A stretch of 19,655 nt of DNA from IMG/VR virus record IMGVR_UViG_3300029577_000167, positions 1 through 19,655 of that record, one strand, 5' to 3'. The notes under the pieces are model-generated. The model did no database searches and was not told the DNA's origin. It saw nothing but the letters and a program-made list of their open reading frames with translations. Made by a program: the position numbers and the translations under genes. Numbering within the stretch: position 1 is the first letter of the stretch; each line of letters opens with the position of its first letter. Positions 1 through 8,987 of this stretch are shown one piece after another. The DNA comes from a virus. Lineage: Duplodnaviria; Heunggongvirae; Uroviricota; Caudoviricetes.

Positions 1-201
<201 letters not shown>

Positions 202-288
202 GTTCGTTTACAACAAATCGGGTGATGTATACGGCGTTCACGCGAAGAACGACAGCTACCTTTTCGATGACTGCAAGGAGGTTAGTTG

Positions 289-501
289 ATGGCGGTTACA
301 CTGACAGGTCTGGAAATCGAAAAAACAAGCGGCTACTGGCGTGCCAAAGGGTTCAAGCAGTCCGGCGTACTGGAACGACTGGAACGTGAAGATGGGTATA
401 TTGTCCACCAGCGACGTGAATGGCACATGTACGATCCGGAAACAGGTAAGCTCGCAACGAAGGCCGGGACACTCTGGGGTCTGCTGAAGAAAATCCACTG
501 A
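289..501 (+). CDS. hypothetical protein (70 aa)
   Basis: ATG at 289 preceded by AGGAGG (276-281) with 7-nt spacer; ORF track lists it from an upstream TTG at 286. No recognisable motif. Confidence 0.5.
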   Translation: MAVTLTGLEIEKTSGYWRAKGFKQSGVLERLEREDGYIVHQRREWHMYDPETGKLATKAGTLWGLLKKIH

Positions 502-510
502 TAACACTAT

Positions 511-1110
511 CCACTGCGGTGAGTAGCCAGCTCACCGCGTGTGAATCCGGCTCATAACCACTGTAGCGAGTAGAACACCCTTCAGGTATGCACCCCAACC
601 ACTGTAGTGAGCAAACCCTCTGCCACGATATCAACTATCCACTGTAGTGAGTAAATTGGTGATTATCGGGGTCGCTATACACTGTAGTGAGTAAACAGGC
701 GTTCACTGACTACAAACAACCACTATAGAGAGTGATGGAATGCCCCCTCCAGCGGATATCCACTATGGAGAGTAAATCTTCGCTGTTTTAAACGGATATC
801 CACTCACTACAGTGGATAGAGGTCAAGTCAGCCAATTCTGCTCTTCACAGTGGATAGTCAACAATGAGGAGAGCGACGATAACCGCTGTAGAGAGTAGAC
901 TTAACAGAGATACCCAGTGACCGCTAACCTCTCAGCCCTTGTTTTATCTATGTTTGCAACCACTAACATTTACTTCGCGATTTGTGCGCACTGCCTACAG
1001 TGGTTATTCTTCGGTTTCTTTTACTCACTACAGTGGATATTGCATTTCCGATAAACAAAAAGGCTCACTATCTACTGTAGTGAGCCTTTTTACTCTCTAC
1101 AGTGGTTGGG
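511..1110. repeat. RepFIB-type iteron cluster downstream of repA (at least 12 copies of CCACTGTAGTGAGTA-like repeats in both orientations)
   Basis: Copies at 511-526, 559-574, 599-614, 639-654, 679-694, 720-735, 760-775, 883-898, 1069-1084 (forward) and 803-815, 996-1010, 1023-1037, 1097-1110 (inverted); spacing in the regular stretch about 40 bp. Confidence 0.75.
1056..1091 (-). terminator. hairpin terminator downstream of repA (bidirectional form)
   Basis: 10-bp stem AGGCTCACTA (1061-1070) / TAGTGAGCCT (1078-1087), flanked by an A-run (1056-1060) and a T-run (1087-1091); lies about 25 bp past the repA stop. Confidence 0.55.
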
Positions 1111-2166
1111 CTATTTGCGAGCCTTTGCCTTGCGCAGCTCTTCGAGAATCGCCAGTTCTTCCTTGCTCAACATGACCATTTCCCCGTCTTTTTCTTCAGG
1201 GGCAACATCGATAATGTCCTCCGGATCATCACCTGGCAAGATATCTTCTGGCTCTTCAGGCGTAGCCATAGATGGCGGCAGTGCCGAACGTAACTTCGGC
1301 CGTCTATAGTGGATGACGAAGTAGACCGAGCTGCCGCGTTTCACTTCAGTGTAATCGAGATAGCCGATCTCTCGCAGCTGCTCCATCGCCTTCCTGACTG
1401 TCGCATTCTGGGTAATGGTGCGGCTGGTTAAGTTAAGTCTGGCGCGTAAGCGAGCCAATGAGATTGGCGCCGGGTCTGGTGGCAAACTTTCAATGAAGGT
1501 GTAGAGCGCCTGCGCGGATTCCTTTCTGGAGAGTTCGTTGATGGCCCGAAGTTGCAAAAGCACCTTTTTGTCGAACTGGTAAAGTTCGAAAATCTTAGGA
1601 TCGGCCTTCAGTTCGACCGTGTCATTCTTGGTACTGTACTTTGCCGTCTGCACAAGGTGCGTAACGTAATACTCTTCAGAGCCTTTGCTGCGGAATGAGA
1701 TGGTGTTTGTGGCGATACGACTTAGAGAGCTGTCCAGGCGCTTACGTAACTTCGCGGACGATCTGGCTGTTGGTATGCCACAAAGTCTGACGAACTCGAC
1801 GAACGGCAACGTGACGGTGTCACCAACAACCTTGTGCTTGGCGAACGCGTGGATGATGCCCACCCATGTTTTGAAATCGTTATCCATATCAAGACGAAGA
1901 CCAGCAATCCTTATATCCTCGTACCCTTCGGCTTTGGCCAGAGACAGCTGTTTGAGTTCAGCGGAGGCGTCCATAGAGACCATTTGCCCCTTTCTACCCC
2001 TGGATGTCGATTTCAGCGTCGGAACGAAGAGACCAAGACGCATCAGAGCAACAGGCTGAACTGTGTTGTTGGTGTTAGGAACTAACGTAACAACTTCGCC
2101 GGTCTTTTTGTCTGTTTCGGAAAATGCTTCGCTTATCGCAATGTTTTTATTGTCGTTTACGCTCAT
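1111..2166 (-). CDS. repA: plasmid replication initiator RepA, RepFIB type (351 aa)
   Basis: Motifs [111 protein letters not shown] match the RepFIB RepA of IncF plasmids as recalled; iterons flank the gene on both sides. Confidence 0.9.
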   Translation of the reverse strand: MSVNDNKNIAISEAFSETDKKTGEVVTLVPNTNNTVQPVALMRLGLFVPTLKSTSRGRKGQMVSMDASAELKQLSLAKAEGYEDIRIAGLRLDMDNDFKTWVGIIHAFAKHKVVGDTVTLPFVEFVRLCGIPTARSSAKLRKRLDSSLSRIATNTISFRSKGSEEYYVTHLVQTAKYSTKNDTVELKADPKIFELYQFDKKVLLQLRAINELSRKESAQALYTFIESLPPDPAPISLARLRARLNLTSRTITQNATVRKAMEQLREIGYLDYTEVKRGSSVYFVIHYRRPKLRSALPPSMATPEEPEDILPGDDPEDIIDVAPEEKDGEMVMLSKEELAILEELRKAKARK

Positions 2167-2207
2167 TCCAAATGTCTCTTTTTATTCGACGGCTTGGGTG
2201 CCTTTAC

Positions 2208-2330
2208 TGATTACAGTGGATAGTAGCACCCATCACAGTGGTTATCCTACCGCCTACAGCGGTTTTTCTACTCTCCATAGTGGTTGATTTACTCTCTATA
2301 GTGGTTGTTCTTCTCACTATAGTGGATATC
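2208..2330. repeat. RepFIB iteron cluster upstream of repA (6 direct repeats, about 21-bp period)
   Basis: TGATTACAGTGGATAG (2208), CATCACAGTGGTTATC (2231), CGCCTACAGCGGTTTT (2250), CTCTCCATAGTGGTTGA (2270), CTCTCTATAGTGGTTGT (2291), CTCACTATAGTGGATATC (2312). Confidence 0.75.
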
Positions 2331-2371
2331 GATAACCTCTAAAGCCATGTGGCACAACGGTTTGCAGGGGC

Positions 2372-2445
2372 CGGGGATCTCTTTGGGTCTTTGTGGTTCT
2401 CTTTGGTTCTAACAGGGATCTGAATTACTGGATCGGGCCTGTGTA
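2372..2445. promoter_or_regulatory. GATC-containing origin-associated segment, copy 1
   Basis: GATC at 2376, 2417, 2431; the segment GGGGATCTCT...TGGATCGGGCCTGTGTATAAA is repeated at 2752-2835. Confidence 0.45.
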
Positions 2446-2609
2446 TAAAAATCAGATAATTACAAAATCAGGCATCACTCCCCTTCTGGGGATAATGTGT
2501 GATCGAAATAAACACGCCGCAACGCAAAATTTACAATATTTCCAAGAATATCAGCCATCTGCCGCAGAAAAACAGGCTCGGAGTTATCCAGTTAAAACAT
2601 TGTCTCCTA

Positions 2610-2712
2610 CTCACTACAGTGGATACCGACTACTCTCCAGAGAGGTTGTTTTGCTCTTCATAGCGGTTATTATGCTCTCTACAGTGGTTATTTTGCTCCC
2701 TATAGTGGATAG
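2610..2712. repeat. third iteron cluster (5 direct repeats, about 21-bp period)
   Basis: CTCACTACAGTGGATACC (2610), CTCTCCAGAGAGGTTGT (2632), CTCTTCATAGCGGTTAT (2654), CTCTCTACAGTGGTTAT (2675), CTCCCTATAGTGGATAG (2696). Confidence 0.7.
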
Positions 2713-2751
2713 TAACCCCTTCTCAAGCCAGTAACCGCAAGCGCTGGAGAC

Positions 2752-2835
2752 GATCGGGGATCTCTTTTGATCTTCTGTAGGATCTCTCTGGGGATCTAAA
2801 TATTGGATCGGGCCTGTGAATAAAGTGAATAAGTA
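2752..2835. promoter_or_regulatory. GATC-rich origin-associated segment, copy 2 (6 GATC in 58 bp)
   Basis: GATC at 2752, 2759, 2769, 2781, 2793, 2806; ends with TGGATCGGGCCTGTGAATAAAG, parallel to copy 1. Confidence 0.5.
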
Positions 2836-2908
2836 AACAGGCATTTGCAAACTCCGGTGCGCCTTATCCGTTATCGTTGCCCCGGACAAAATTATTTGAA
2901 CAAGAATT

Positions 2909-3553
2909 ATGGATCTTAAACGCACGCGCTGGGTTCGCCGTCTTGAAGATGGCTCCTACACCATTGAATCAAACACTAGTCTGAACAAACAGAAGTTGCT
3001 CTGCGACCTTTGCGGCATTGCTTCGAAATGCCCGATTAACGAAACCCGGCTTAAACTCCACGACGCCGGTGCGCATTTCCACCTAAACAGCTGCATACGT
3101 TACGTGCCACTACTAGCATTTCGTAAACCGATCATCGGATTGGATGCTCCCTACTTCAACACACTGCGCTCTGGTGTCACTTGGCGAGATCGTGTCGAAC
3201 CTGGCAAACTCGTTTGTCTGGTTGAAGCTGATACTGGAAATATCATCCGGTTCGGGAGAGTTGATAAGGTCTACTCAGGCCCGGTGGATGAAATACTGCG
3301 GAAACACAGCCGATTTAACCATCTCTGCATGGGCGGAGAGAAGATTGAGAAGGTTGGCGAAGTAATTCGCAAATCTTACGGACACTTTCTGAATGATAAC
3401 AGCCTTCTGACAGCCATTTACATTCGACATGTCGATCGGGAGTTCGACACGGAGTATCACAGTGCTGAAGAGTTGAATCTTGTAGACCCTCGTCCAAAAG
3501 CTGGGGTAATAGACATTAGCAGAGCGCGTCAGAAGCCCTCAGAGACGTTTTAA
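2909..3553 (+). CDS. hypothetical protein (214 aa), cysteine/histidine pairs suggest possible metal binding
   Basis: Long non-overlapping ORF; CDLCG...C and HFHLNSC clusters; no obvious Shine-Dalgarno; family not recognised. Confidence 0.5.
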   Translation: MDLKRTRWVRRLEDGSYTIESNTSLNKQKLLCDLCGIASKCPINETRLKLHDAGAHFHLNSCIRYVPLLAFRKPIIGLDAPYFNTLRSGVTWRDRVEPGKLVCLVEADTGNIIRFGRVDKVYSGPVDEILRKHSRFNHLCMGGEKIEKVGEVIRKSYGHFLNDNSLLTAIYIRHVDREFDTEYHSAEELNLVDPRPKAGVIDISRARQKPSETF

Positions 3554-3949
3554 AGGCAAACTCATGCTTTTTACCGGGCATAAAATATGGTGTCTTAGAA
3601 AGACACTGAGAGCTTTAGGGATTAATGCATGAGTGAATTTTATTCAAGAGCAGAAACTGTGGCCGACGGATGCGTTTGAAGACGACGCACGCAAACGCCG
3701 TAAATGTCATCTCACAACTTCACCGTCCGTTCTCCTTTTTCATTTCTTGTCATCAGTAAATGACTGCTCTCATAAAATTGCTTGTGACGTTTAGAAATCG
3801 TTGCTGCCCTATCTGATAGGTATTTACTTACTTATTTTTTTGTCATTATCATGTGCCTTTATATTCTTTTGTGTGCCGTGTTGTCTGGGTTGTATGCCTC
3901 TTATGCACGCTTAGAATTTGTATCAAAATAACCACAAAGGAAAAGACAC

Positions 3950-4228
3950 ATGACATTGCCATACGGGGTAATATCAGATCCCCATTATCATCGTTGGGAT
4001 GCTTTTGCGACAACAAACGCTGACGGGCTTAACTCTCGGCTGGAGATCCAACTGGACGCTACGAAGGAGGCGGCCAAAGCGATGAAAGCTGCTGGCTGTA
4101 AGCACATGCTGGTAGCTGGTGATACCTTCCATGTTCGCGGTGCTATATCACCTTCCGTTCTGCATTTCGTGACCGAAACTTACGAGTGGATCATCAAAGA
4201 GTTGGGTCTCAAGGTGGTAAGCTGGTGA
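3950..4228 (+). CDS. metallophosphoesterase N-terminal fragment (SbcD/Mre11-like), probably truncated
   Basis: Motif I GVISDPHYH and motif II LVAGDTFH resemble the calcineurin-like phosphoesterase / SbcD N-terminus (E. coli SbcD: TSDWHLG...IVAGDVFD); only 92 aa, whereas this family is about 400 aa. RBS AAAGGAAAAG upstream. Confidence 0.45.
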   Translation: MTLPYGVISDPHYHRWDAFATTNADGLNSRLEIQLDATKEAAKAMKAAGCKHMLVAGDTFHVRGAISPSVLHFVTETYEWIIKELGLKVVSW

Positions 4229-4262
4229 TACGAAAAAGCAAGTTCGCGTTAACAGTGACGAT

Positions 4263-4664
4263 ATGCGGCGGTTGAACGAGATTTGGCGTGGTATTAAGCC
4301 ACTGATTGACCAAGTTCATTTAGTGTTCTGTGAACTGCCAGTAGGCAGTCAATCTGCTAGAGCGATGGTTTCTTATGGTGGTTGTCTTGGCGTACTGGCG
4401 TGTGTGGATAAGCCACTGATACAGGTCACGCCAAACGAGATTAAGTACTATGTCGGGAATAAGCTGACTACGTCGAAAGAAGAGATCATTCAGTGGGCTA
4501 CGCAGAAGCAGCCAAACGCCCCGTGGTTGCGCCGGAAGCAATCGGGCAAGGAAGTGCTGGTGAATAAAAACGAGCACCTTGCGGACGCTGTCGCATCGAT
4601 TTACACCGGTATGCAAACTGATCAATTCCGTCAGGTTCGCGATGTTCTTGCTGGAATTTTATAA
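4263..4664 (+). CDS. RuvC-like Holliday junction resolvase, N-terminally truncated
   Basis: ELPVGSQSARAMVSYGGCLGVLA and C-terminal NEHLADAVASIY resemble the RuvC core and its catalytic-end motif (ADAADALAIA); the N-terminal GIDPGS-type motif with the first catalytic Asp is absent. Confidence 0.4.
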   Translation: MRRLNEIWRGIKPLIDQVHLVFCELPVGSQSARAMVSYGGCLGVLACVDKPLIQVTPNEIKYYVGNKLTTSKEEIIQWATQKQPNAPWLRRKQSGKEVLVNKNEHLADAVASIYTGMQTDQFRQVRDVLAGIL

Positions 4665-4702
4665 GTTGATAATTGATAGGTAAGTGCTTATCTATTACCA
4701 TG

Positions 4703-4730
4703 AGACCACTATATATAGTGGTCTTTTTAA
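4703..4730 (+). terminator. perfect 22-bp palindrome followed by T-run
   Basis: AGACCACTATA/TATAGTGGTCT (4703-4724) followed by TTTTT (4724-4728); lies 40 bp after the RuvC-like ORF stop. Confidence 0.5.
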
Positions 4731-4902
4731 TTGGGCTACACATAATAAGCATCGTAAAACGTAACGCCCACCGAGCCGCTGCCAGCTGCATGAAGCGCTG
4801 ACAAAGTTCGCTGTCGATTGCACTGGCCCGAGCCAGTTCGAATACCAAACCCACCAGCAATCCCGTACCAACTTCAAAACCCCCGTAGTCGAGTTCAATC
4901 CC

Positions 4903-5358
4903 CAGCTCAAAACCGTAAAAGTATTCAGTGATGGCTCCTGCCTCAAAAATCCGGGCGGGCCGGGCGGTTACGGCATCGTTCTCCAGTATCGAGGCGAAGA
5001 GCGCGAGCTTTCTGAGGGCTTCCACAGCACGACCAACAATCGGATGGAGATGATGGGCGCCCTGATTGCGCTGGAGCGTCTGAAGTACCCCTGCAACGTG
5101 ATCCTGCATTCCGACAGCCAGTATCTTAAAAACGGCATGACGCTCTGGATGAAAGGCTGGAAGCGTAACGGATGGATCACGTCTGAGAAGAAGCCAGTCA
5201 AAAACGTGGATCTCTGGAAACGTCTCGACGCGGCCGCCAGTCGTCATAATGTCCGCTGGAAGTGGGTTAAAGGCCATGCAGGTCATCGCGAGAACGAAAT
5301 GTGTGACCGTCTGGCGAAGATCGCCGCCTATTGTCGAGCGAGTCTCCGCTTTTGTTAA
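4903..5358 (+). CDS. rnhA: ribonuclease HI homologue; initiation codon unresolved
   Basis: ...[23 protein letters not shown]...[18 protein letters not shown]...HSDSQY...[16 protein letters not shown]...[20 protein letters not shown] aligns along the whole length with E. coli RNase HI as recalled. The frame is open from 4765, but no ATG/GTG/TTG exists in frame before 5044 (the codon at the position of the E. coli Met is CAG). Confidence 0.75.
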   Translation, partial: QLKTVKVFSDGSCLKNPGGPGGYGIVLQYRGEERELSEGFHSTTNNRMEMMGALIALERLKYPCNVILHSDSQYLKNGMTLWMKGWKRNGWITSEKKPVKNVDLWKRLDAAASRHNVRWKWVKGHAGHRENEMCDRLAKIAAYCRASLRFC

Positions 5359-5603
5359 GTCCCCGCTGAATAATCCCCTCACCCGCGGTGAGCAGATGGA
5401 GCTGGCAAGGTGGTTTCTGCGTATCCATGAGCAGATGGAAGTTTTTAAACAGTTGCCGGATCTGCCCATTACAGACGGCCAAATTCAGTGTGCCACTTCA
5501 GTACGGTCGACGATGACAACGACGCAAACCTGCTTTTCGTCAAATCCGAAATCATAAAGTTGCGCAGGGAGAGAGAGAAATCGACGCAGAGCAGGCCCGC
5601 AAT

Positions 5604-5819
5604 ATGTGGGACGAGGCAGAAAACGCTGATGACGTAAAAGAAAGTTGCTGCTGTTTCGGTGTCGGTAACGAACTGCTGAGTCTGTTTGGTGACGATCCGT
5701 GGTATGCCGGTTGGCCAACGGTGCCAAACCCCAGATACCAATACCTGGAACGTATCATGAACGCGGTACGTAATGGGCTGAAAGAGCTTCACAATCAGAT
5801 GAGAGAAGCAATCGGTTAA
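5604..5819 (+). CDS. hypothetical small protein (71 aa)
   Basis: ORF with ATG start; no clear SD; contains a CCC triplet (SCCCFG). Confidence 0.35.
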   Translation: MWDEAENADDVKESCCCFGVGNELLSLFGDDPWYAGWPTVPNPRYQYLERIMNAVRNGLKELHNQMREAIG

Positions 5820-5857
5820 GTGCTATAGTCAGGCGCTTTTATATTTATGGAGTGAAT

Positions 5858-6556
5858 ATGAAAAATATCCTACTGGCATCATTGTTGGTGGCATCGCCGG
5901 CTGTATTTGCAGCCAGCTTTGACTGCCAAAAGGCTTCGGCAGAAATCGAACACAAAATCTGCGATAACGAACGCCTGTCAAAATTAGACGAACAACTTAG
6001 CTCTACCTATTCCAACGCACTCAAAGCAAACCCGGGGGACGCAGACGCCTTAAAGACGGTTCAGCGTCAATGGGTAAGTATGCGTGGAAAACTCACTGGT
6101 GATAAGACTCTGGAGTTGGCTTATCTAATCCAAATTAATGGCCTCAAGAGTTTGGATGGTTCGGCCAGCACTGCGGTGGTCAATGAGACACCAAAGCCTG
6201 TGCAGAAACAGCCTGAAGTTCAGGAAAAGACAAGCAAGGCAGACACAAAGCAGGCTGAGAGCGGTAAAAAGCTAACTCTGGAGTCATTCCGAGCTAAGTA
6301 TATTGAAGTTGACGGTGAATACTACAGCACGACATCCCTTCCCAGAGGGAGTTCGTTCTTGTTCACCTGCGCAAGTCGTATCGCAGATGACCAGGTGAAT
6401 ATTTGGAAGAAGGTGGCAGCCAAAGAGGGCAAGATCGATCTCTTCTTTGAACTTGAGAATCGAATACATACCGCAATGCTGAATGCCAATTTTCAGAAGC
6501 TAAATAGTGATTTAACTAAAACAGGCATTTGCGATCTGATTACTGCTGTTCCGTAA
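5858..6556 (+). CDS. secreted protein with LprI-like (DUF1311) domain
   Basis: Signal peptide MKNILLASLLVASPAVFA; FDCQKASAEIEHKICDNERLSKLDEQL...QRQW pattern typical of DUF1311 / lysozyme-inhibitor LprI N-terminal domain; GGAG 5 nt upstream of ATG at 5858 (ORF track starts at GTG 5852). Confidence 0.65.
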   Translation: MKNILLASLLVASPAVFAASFDCQKASAEIEHKICDNERLSKLDEQLSSTYSNALKANPGDADALKTVQRQWVSMRGKLTGDKTLELAYLIQINGLKSLDGSASTAVVNETPKPVQKQPEVQEKTSKADTKQAESGKKLTLESFRAKYIEVDGEYYSTTSLPRGSSFLFTCASRIADDQVNIWKKVAAKEGKIDLFFELENRIHTAMLNANFQKLNSDLTKTGICDLITAVP

Positions 6557-6564
6557 GCCAGATA

Positions 6565-6583
6565 AGGCCATTATTTGTGGCCT
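6565..6583. terminator. hairpin AGGCCA-ttatttg-TGGCCT, bidirectional terminator candidate
   Basis: Stem-loop between convergent genes 5858-6556 (+) and 6612-6815 (-); immediately followed by the palindrome TTAAACAATTTGTTTAA (6583-6599). Confidence 0.45.
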
Positions 6584-6611
6584 TAAACAATTTGTTTAAT
6601 TAGTGGTGTAA

Positions 6612-6815
6612 TTATTGGAATCCCAGGCGAACTAAATCCATTGGGCAGAACAGATCTTCCACACCTTCGATAGACACGCAGTCAGAGCGGCGTAATTGTT
6701 CTTCTGATTTGCCTTCTCCGCAGATTTCCTTGATGACTCCCGTTGCACCATTCGTTGCCACCATCACTCGGCTGCCGGTAGTGATAGTGTTACGGTTGCG
6801 ATCATAGGTCTTCAT
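6612..6815 (-). CDS. YdfZ-like small protein (67 aa)
   Basis: MKTYDRNRNTITTGSRVMV... resembles the E. coli YdfZ family as recalled; strong RBS AAAGGAGGAA upstream on the minus strand. Confidence 0.6.
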   Translation of the reverse strand: MKTYDRNRNTITTGSRVMVATNGATGVIKEICGEGKSEEQLRRSDCVSIEGVEDLFCPMDLVRLGFQ

Positions 6816-7002
6816 CGTTTCCTCCTTTCACATGGGTCAAATCAGGTTTCAAAAATTGCCGTTTTCCATGTAGGTGCGATTTGCAAAATCTCAAGCGCCA
6901 AAACAAATTGTTTTCACCATCTTGTTATTCAATTAACCCGTAAAGTTGACCAGTACCGTAATAAATACCACTGTTTATATGTGCAGTATTGCGAGGCGAG
7001 CA

Positions 7003-7269
7003 ATGGGCAGCAAGAATTCTAAATATGTGATCGTCTATAGGGGCGAAGCACTCAAGCACCTAATACCCGGACAGTTCGTTTTCTTCCAACGTGAAAAAGA
7101 ATACGGTGGGGGGTTCTGGCTTGGTAAAACGCATGAGGATGGGTTCGAATTTGTGCTGGAGCAACCCACTTCACTAAGTTACGGGCTTGCGTATCTGATC
7201 AGATTGTCGAGTGTCGAAGCCAGGTATATGGAGTTTGTTGATGACATAGACGACTTCAAACTCACCTAG
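7003..7269 (+). CDS. hypothetical protein (88 aa)
   Basis: ATG at 7003 preceded by GAGG; ORF track extends to 6946 without an RBS. Confidence 0.5.
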   Translation: MGSKNSKYVIVYRGEALKHLIPGQFVFFQREKEYGGGFWLGKTHEDGFEFVLEQPTSLSYGLAYLIRLSSVEARYMEFVDDIDDFKLT

Positions 7270-7310
7270 TCATCCCTTAAACATCTTGTTTTCTGCCTTT
7301 CGTTATTTGA

Positions 7311-7343
7311 GATAATAATACCAATAAGAAAACAAATTGTTTA
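7311..7343 (+). promoter_or_regulatory. conserved upstream cassette (type A), copy before gene 7355
   Basis: GATAATAATACCAATAAGAAAACAAATTGTTT, followed by AAGGAG and ATG at 7355. Confidence 0.55.
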
Positions 7344-7354
7344 AGGAGTTAATC

Positions 7355-7591
7355 ATGTTCGGAACCGCGAAAGAAATTATCGAAAAGCTGGAGAACTACC
7401 CAGAAGACGAGCCGCTGCTGATGGTGATGTGGCACAAGGAAGATGTAGGTGAAGGGCGACCAGACCTGACTGACGAACAGTGCGTTCAGGTTTTGCGAAA
7501 AATCAAAGAGTGCCATGATGCCAGCGTCGGCGTGAATTGGGATGTCATTTCTGACACGGCCAACATTCTGTTTCCAAAGGAGAAGGCATGA
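7355..7591 (+). CDS. hypothetical acidic protein (78 aa)
   Basis: AAGGAG RBS 6 nt upstream of ATG; stop overlaps the start of the next gene (ATGA). Confidence 0.6.
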   Translation: MFGTAKEIIEKLENYPEDEPLLMVMWHKEDVGEGRPDLTDEQCVQVLRKIKECHDASVGVNWDVISDTANILFPKEKA

Positions 7592-7908
7592 TGCTGAAAA
7601 TCACCGAATCGTATAAGACGGCGGTGATCAGCACCGCCCACGTCACGGCAGCGGATTCAGAACGGCTACCCATTGCCTGCTTCGACCCACTTACTGATCG
7701 CGGGTTGAATTGGGTACACGGTACACAGTATGGATGGATTGTTCGTGCTGGAATGCGAGGGAATGACTGGAAGGAAGAATTGCGTGATTACGGCATTTCC
7801 CAAGAGGCGATCTCTAACATACAGGCCATACGGGATGCCGGGTATGATTCGGTACAATTTGACTGTGATGCGGAGCTGGTGGATGGAATGCCAGCATGGG
7901 ATTGGTAG
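7588..7908 (+). CDS. hypothetical protein (106 aa), translationally coupled to upstream gene
   Basis: AAGGAGAAGG RBS; ATGA overlap with 7355-7591. Confidence 0.6.
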   Translation: MMLKITESYKTAVISTAHVTAADSERLPIACFDPLTDRGLNWVHGTQYGWIVRAGMRGNDWKEELRDYGISQEAISNIQAIRDAGYDSVQFDCDAELVDGMPAWDW

Positions 7909-7923
7909 ATATAACTACTAGCA

Positions 7924-8550
7924 ATGGCGGGAATAATTACCTGGAAAGTTGATATCATATACCCGCTTGTATTTCAAAATGGAATGGATGTAATGGAAAT
8001 CGATACTTTAGAAAAAAAATCAGTTAAAAACCTCTACGCGTGGCTTATAGCAATACTGCCGTTTGTTGTCAGCGTCCCCCCTGCTGAGTACGACAATTAC
8101 GTTATGGTGATTTCGTTCGTCATTGGGCTTGGACTGCTGGTCGCCGATCGCATGAATTTGACTGAGGCAGGCTATGAGCCACCATCATTCTTATGTGGGT
8201 TCTTTATCCCCCCTGTGTATCTCTGGAAACGAGCGACGGTTCTTGGAAGTAACCGACTGCTGTTTATCGTATGGATTGTTGCCTTTGCTGCATCATTTTT
8301 CGTGTATAGCTTCAACGCAGATTCAGCGCTTGAAGAAGCTGCTTGCCCTATAGTTACCACTATTCTGAAAGAAAATAACGGTTCAGAAGCATCTAAATGC
8401 ATGAAGGTAACAATTCAGGACAAAGTGACGGACAAGTTCTACAAAGCCACGGCTACACTGGATAACGGTAATGACATTAACATCACTATCGAAATGATCG
8501 GTGACGAGAATTTCTACGTTCGCGTGCCTAATTACTACCTAAACGACTAA
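7924..8550 (+). CDS. predicted membrane protein (about 3 TM segments; start uncertain, alternatives 7984/7993)
   Basis: Hydrophobic segments LYAWLIAILPFVVSV, VMVISFVIGLGLLVA, LLFIVWIVAFAASFFVY; soluble C-terminal region. Confidence 0.5.
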   Translation: MAGIITWKVDIIYPLVFQNGMDVMEIDTLEKKSVKNLYAWLIAILPFVVSVPPAEYDNYVMVISFVIGLGLLVADRMNLTEAGYEPPSFLCGFFIPPVYLWKRATVLGSNRLLFIVWIVAFAASFFVYSFNADSALEEAACPIVTTILKENNGSEASKCMKVTIQDKVTDKFYKATATLDNGNDINITIEMIGDENFYVRVPNYYLND

Positions 8551-8987
8551 CGGCTGCAACTCGTTGACATTGGCGGTCACAAATTGAGGATTTCTATAAG
8601 AGTCCGTTGATCGCCACTTCCCCCACCTCTCCAACCTACCCCAGCCCAGGGGTGACAAGGCATTTAAGCCAATTACACCCATAAGAAAACAAATAAATAA
8701 CACGTCAACGAAAAGTCAACGCTTTCCTCTGATTTGGTCTAAAAAGTTGACGTTTTCGCAAGCCATCTCTTATACCCAAAATCCTGCGCACCAGAATCCA
8801 TCTCCCTGCGACCAAAACGTCAAAAACGACTCGTGATATCACTCAAAAACAGAAGCGCTCAGAAGCGCTCCCGTTGCGTTATATTGGGCATCTAAACAAG
8901 TTGTTTTCAGGCATAAGAAAACAAGTTAACAACCCCCACAGGAAACCCAGAGACGCCATTACCCACAATCCCGGAAACACCCACCTC

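Noticed and set aside
939-1309. ORFs 939-1175, 1102-1293, 1106-1309 (+)
   Set aside because: Sit within the iteron cluster or antisense to repA; no RBS, with repeat-driven or low-complexity composition.
511-2712. Possibility that the regularly spaced repeats are a CRISPR array
   Set aside because: Repeats are degenerate 15-20-bp iterons in both orientations with irregular spacing, flanking a RepA gene; no uniform repeat-spacer structure and no cas genes.
2393-2734. 113-aa ORF spanning the origin region
   Set aside because: Runs across iterons and GATC repeats; the 3' half is translated iteron sequence.
4498-5469. 323-aa minus-strand ORF
   Set aside because: Antisense to the RNase HI homologue and neighbouring plus-strand genes in a GC-rich stretch; low-complexity translation with no RBS or motif. 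Treated as a spurious open frame.
5396-5557. 53-aa ORF immediately after the RNase H gene
   Set aside because: Weak SD (GGTGA), overlaps a hairpin-like palindrome (CTCACC-cgc-GGTGAG) and has no distinctive features; insufficient support to call as a gene.
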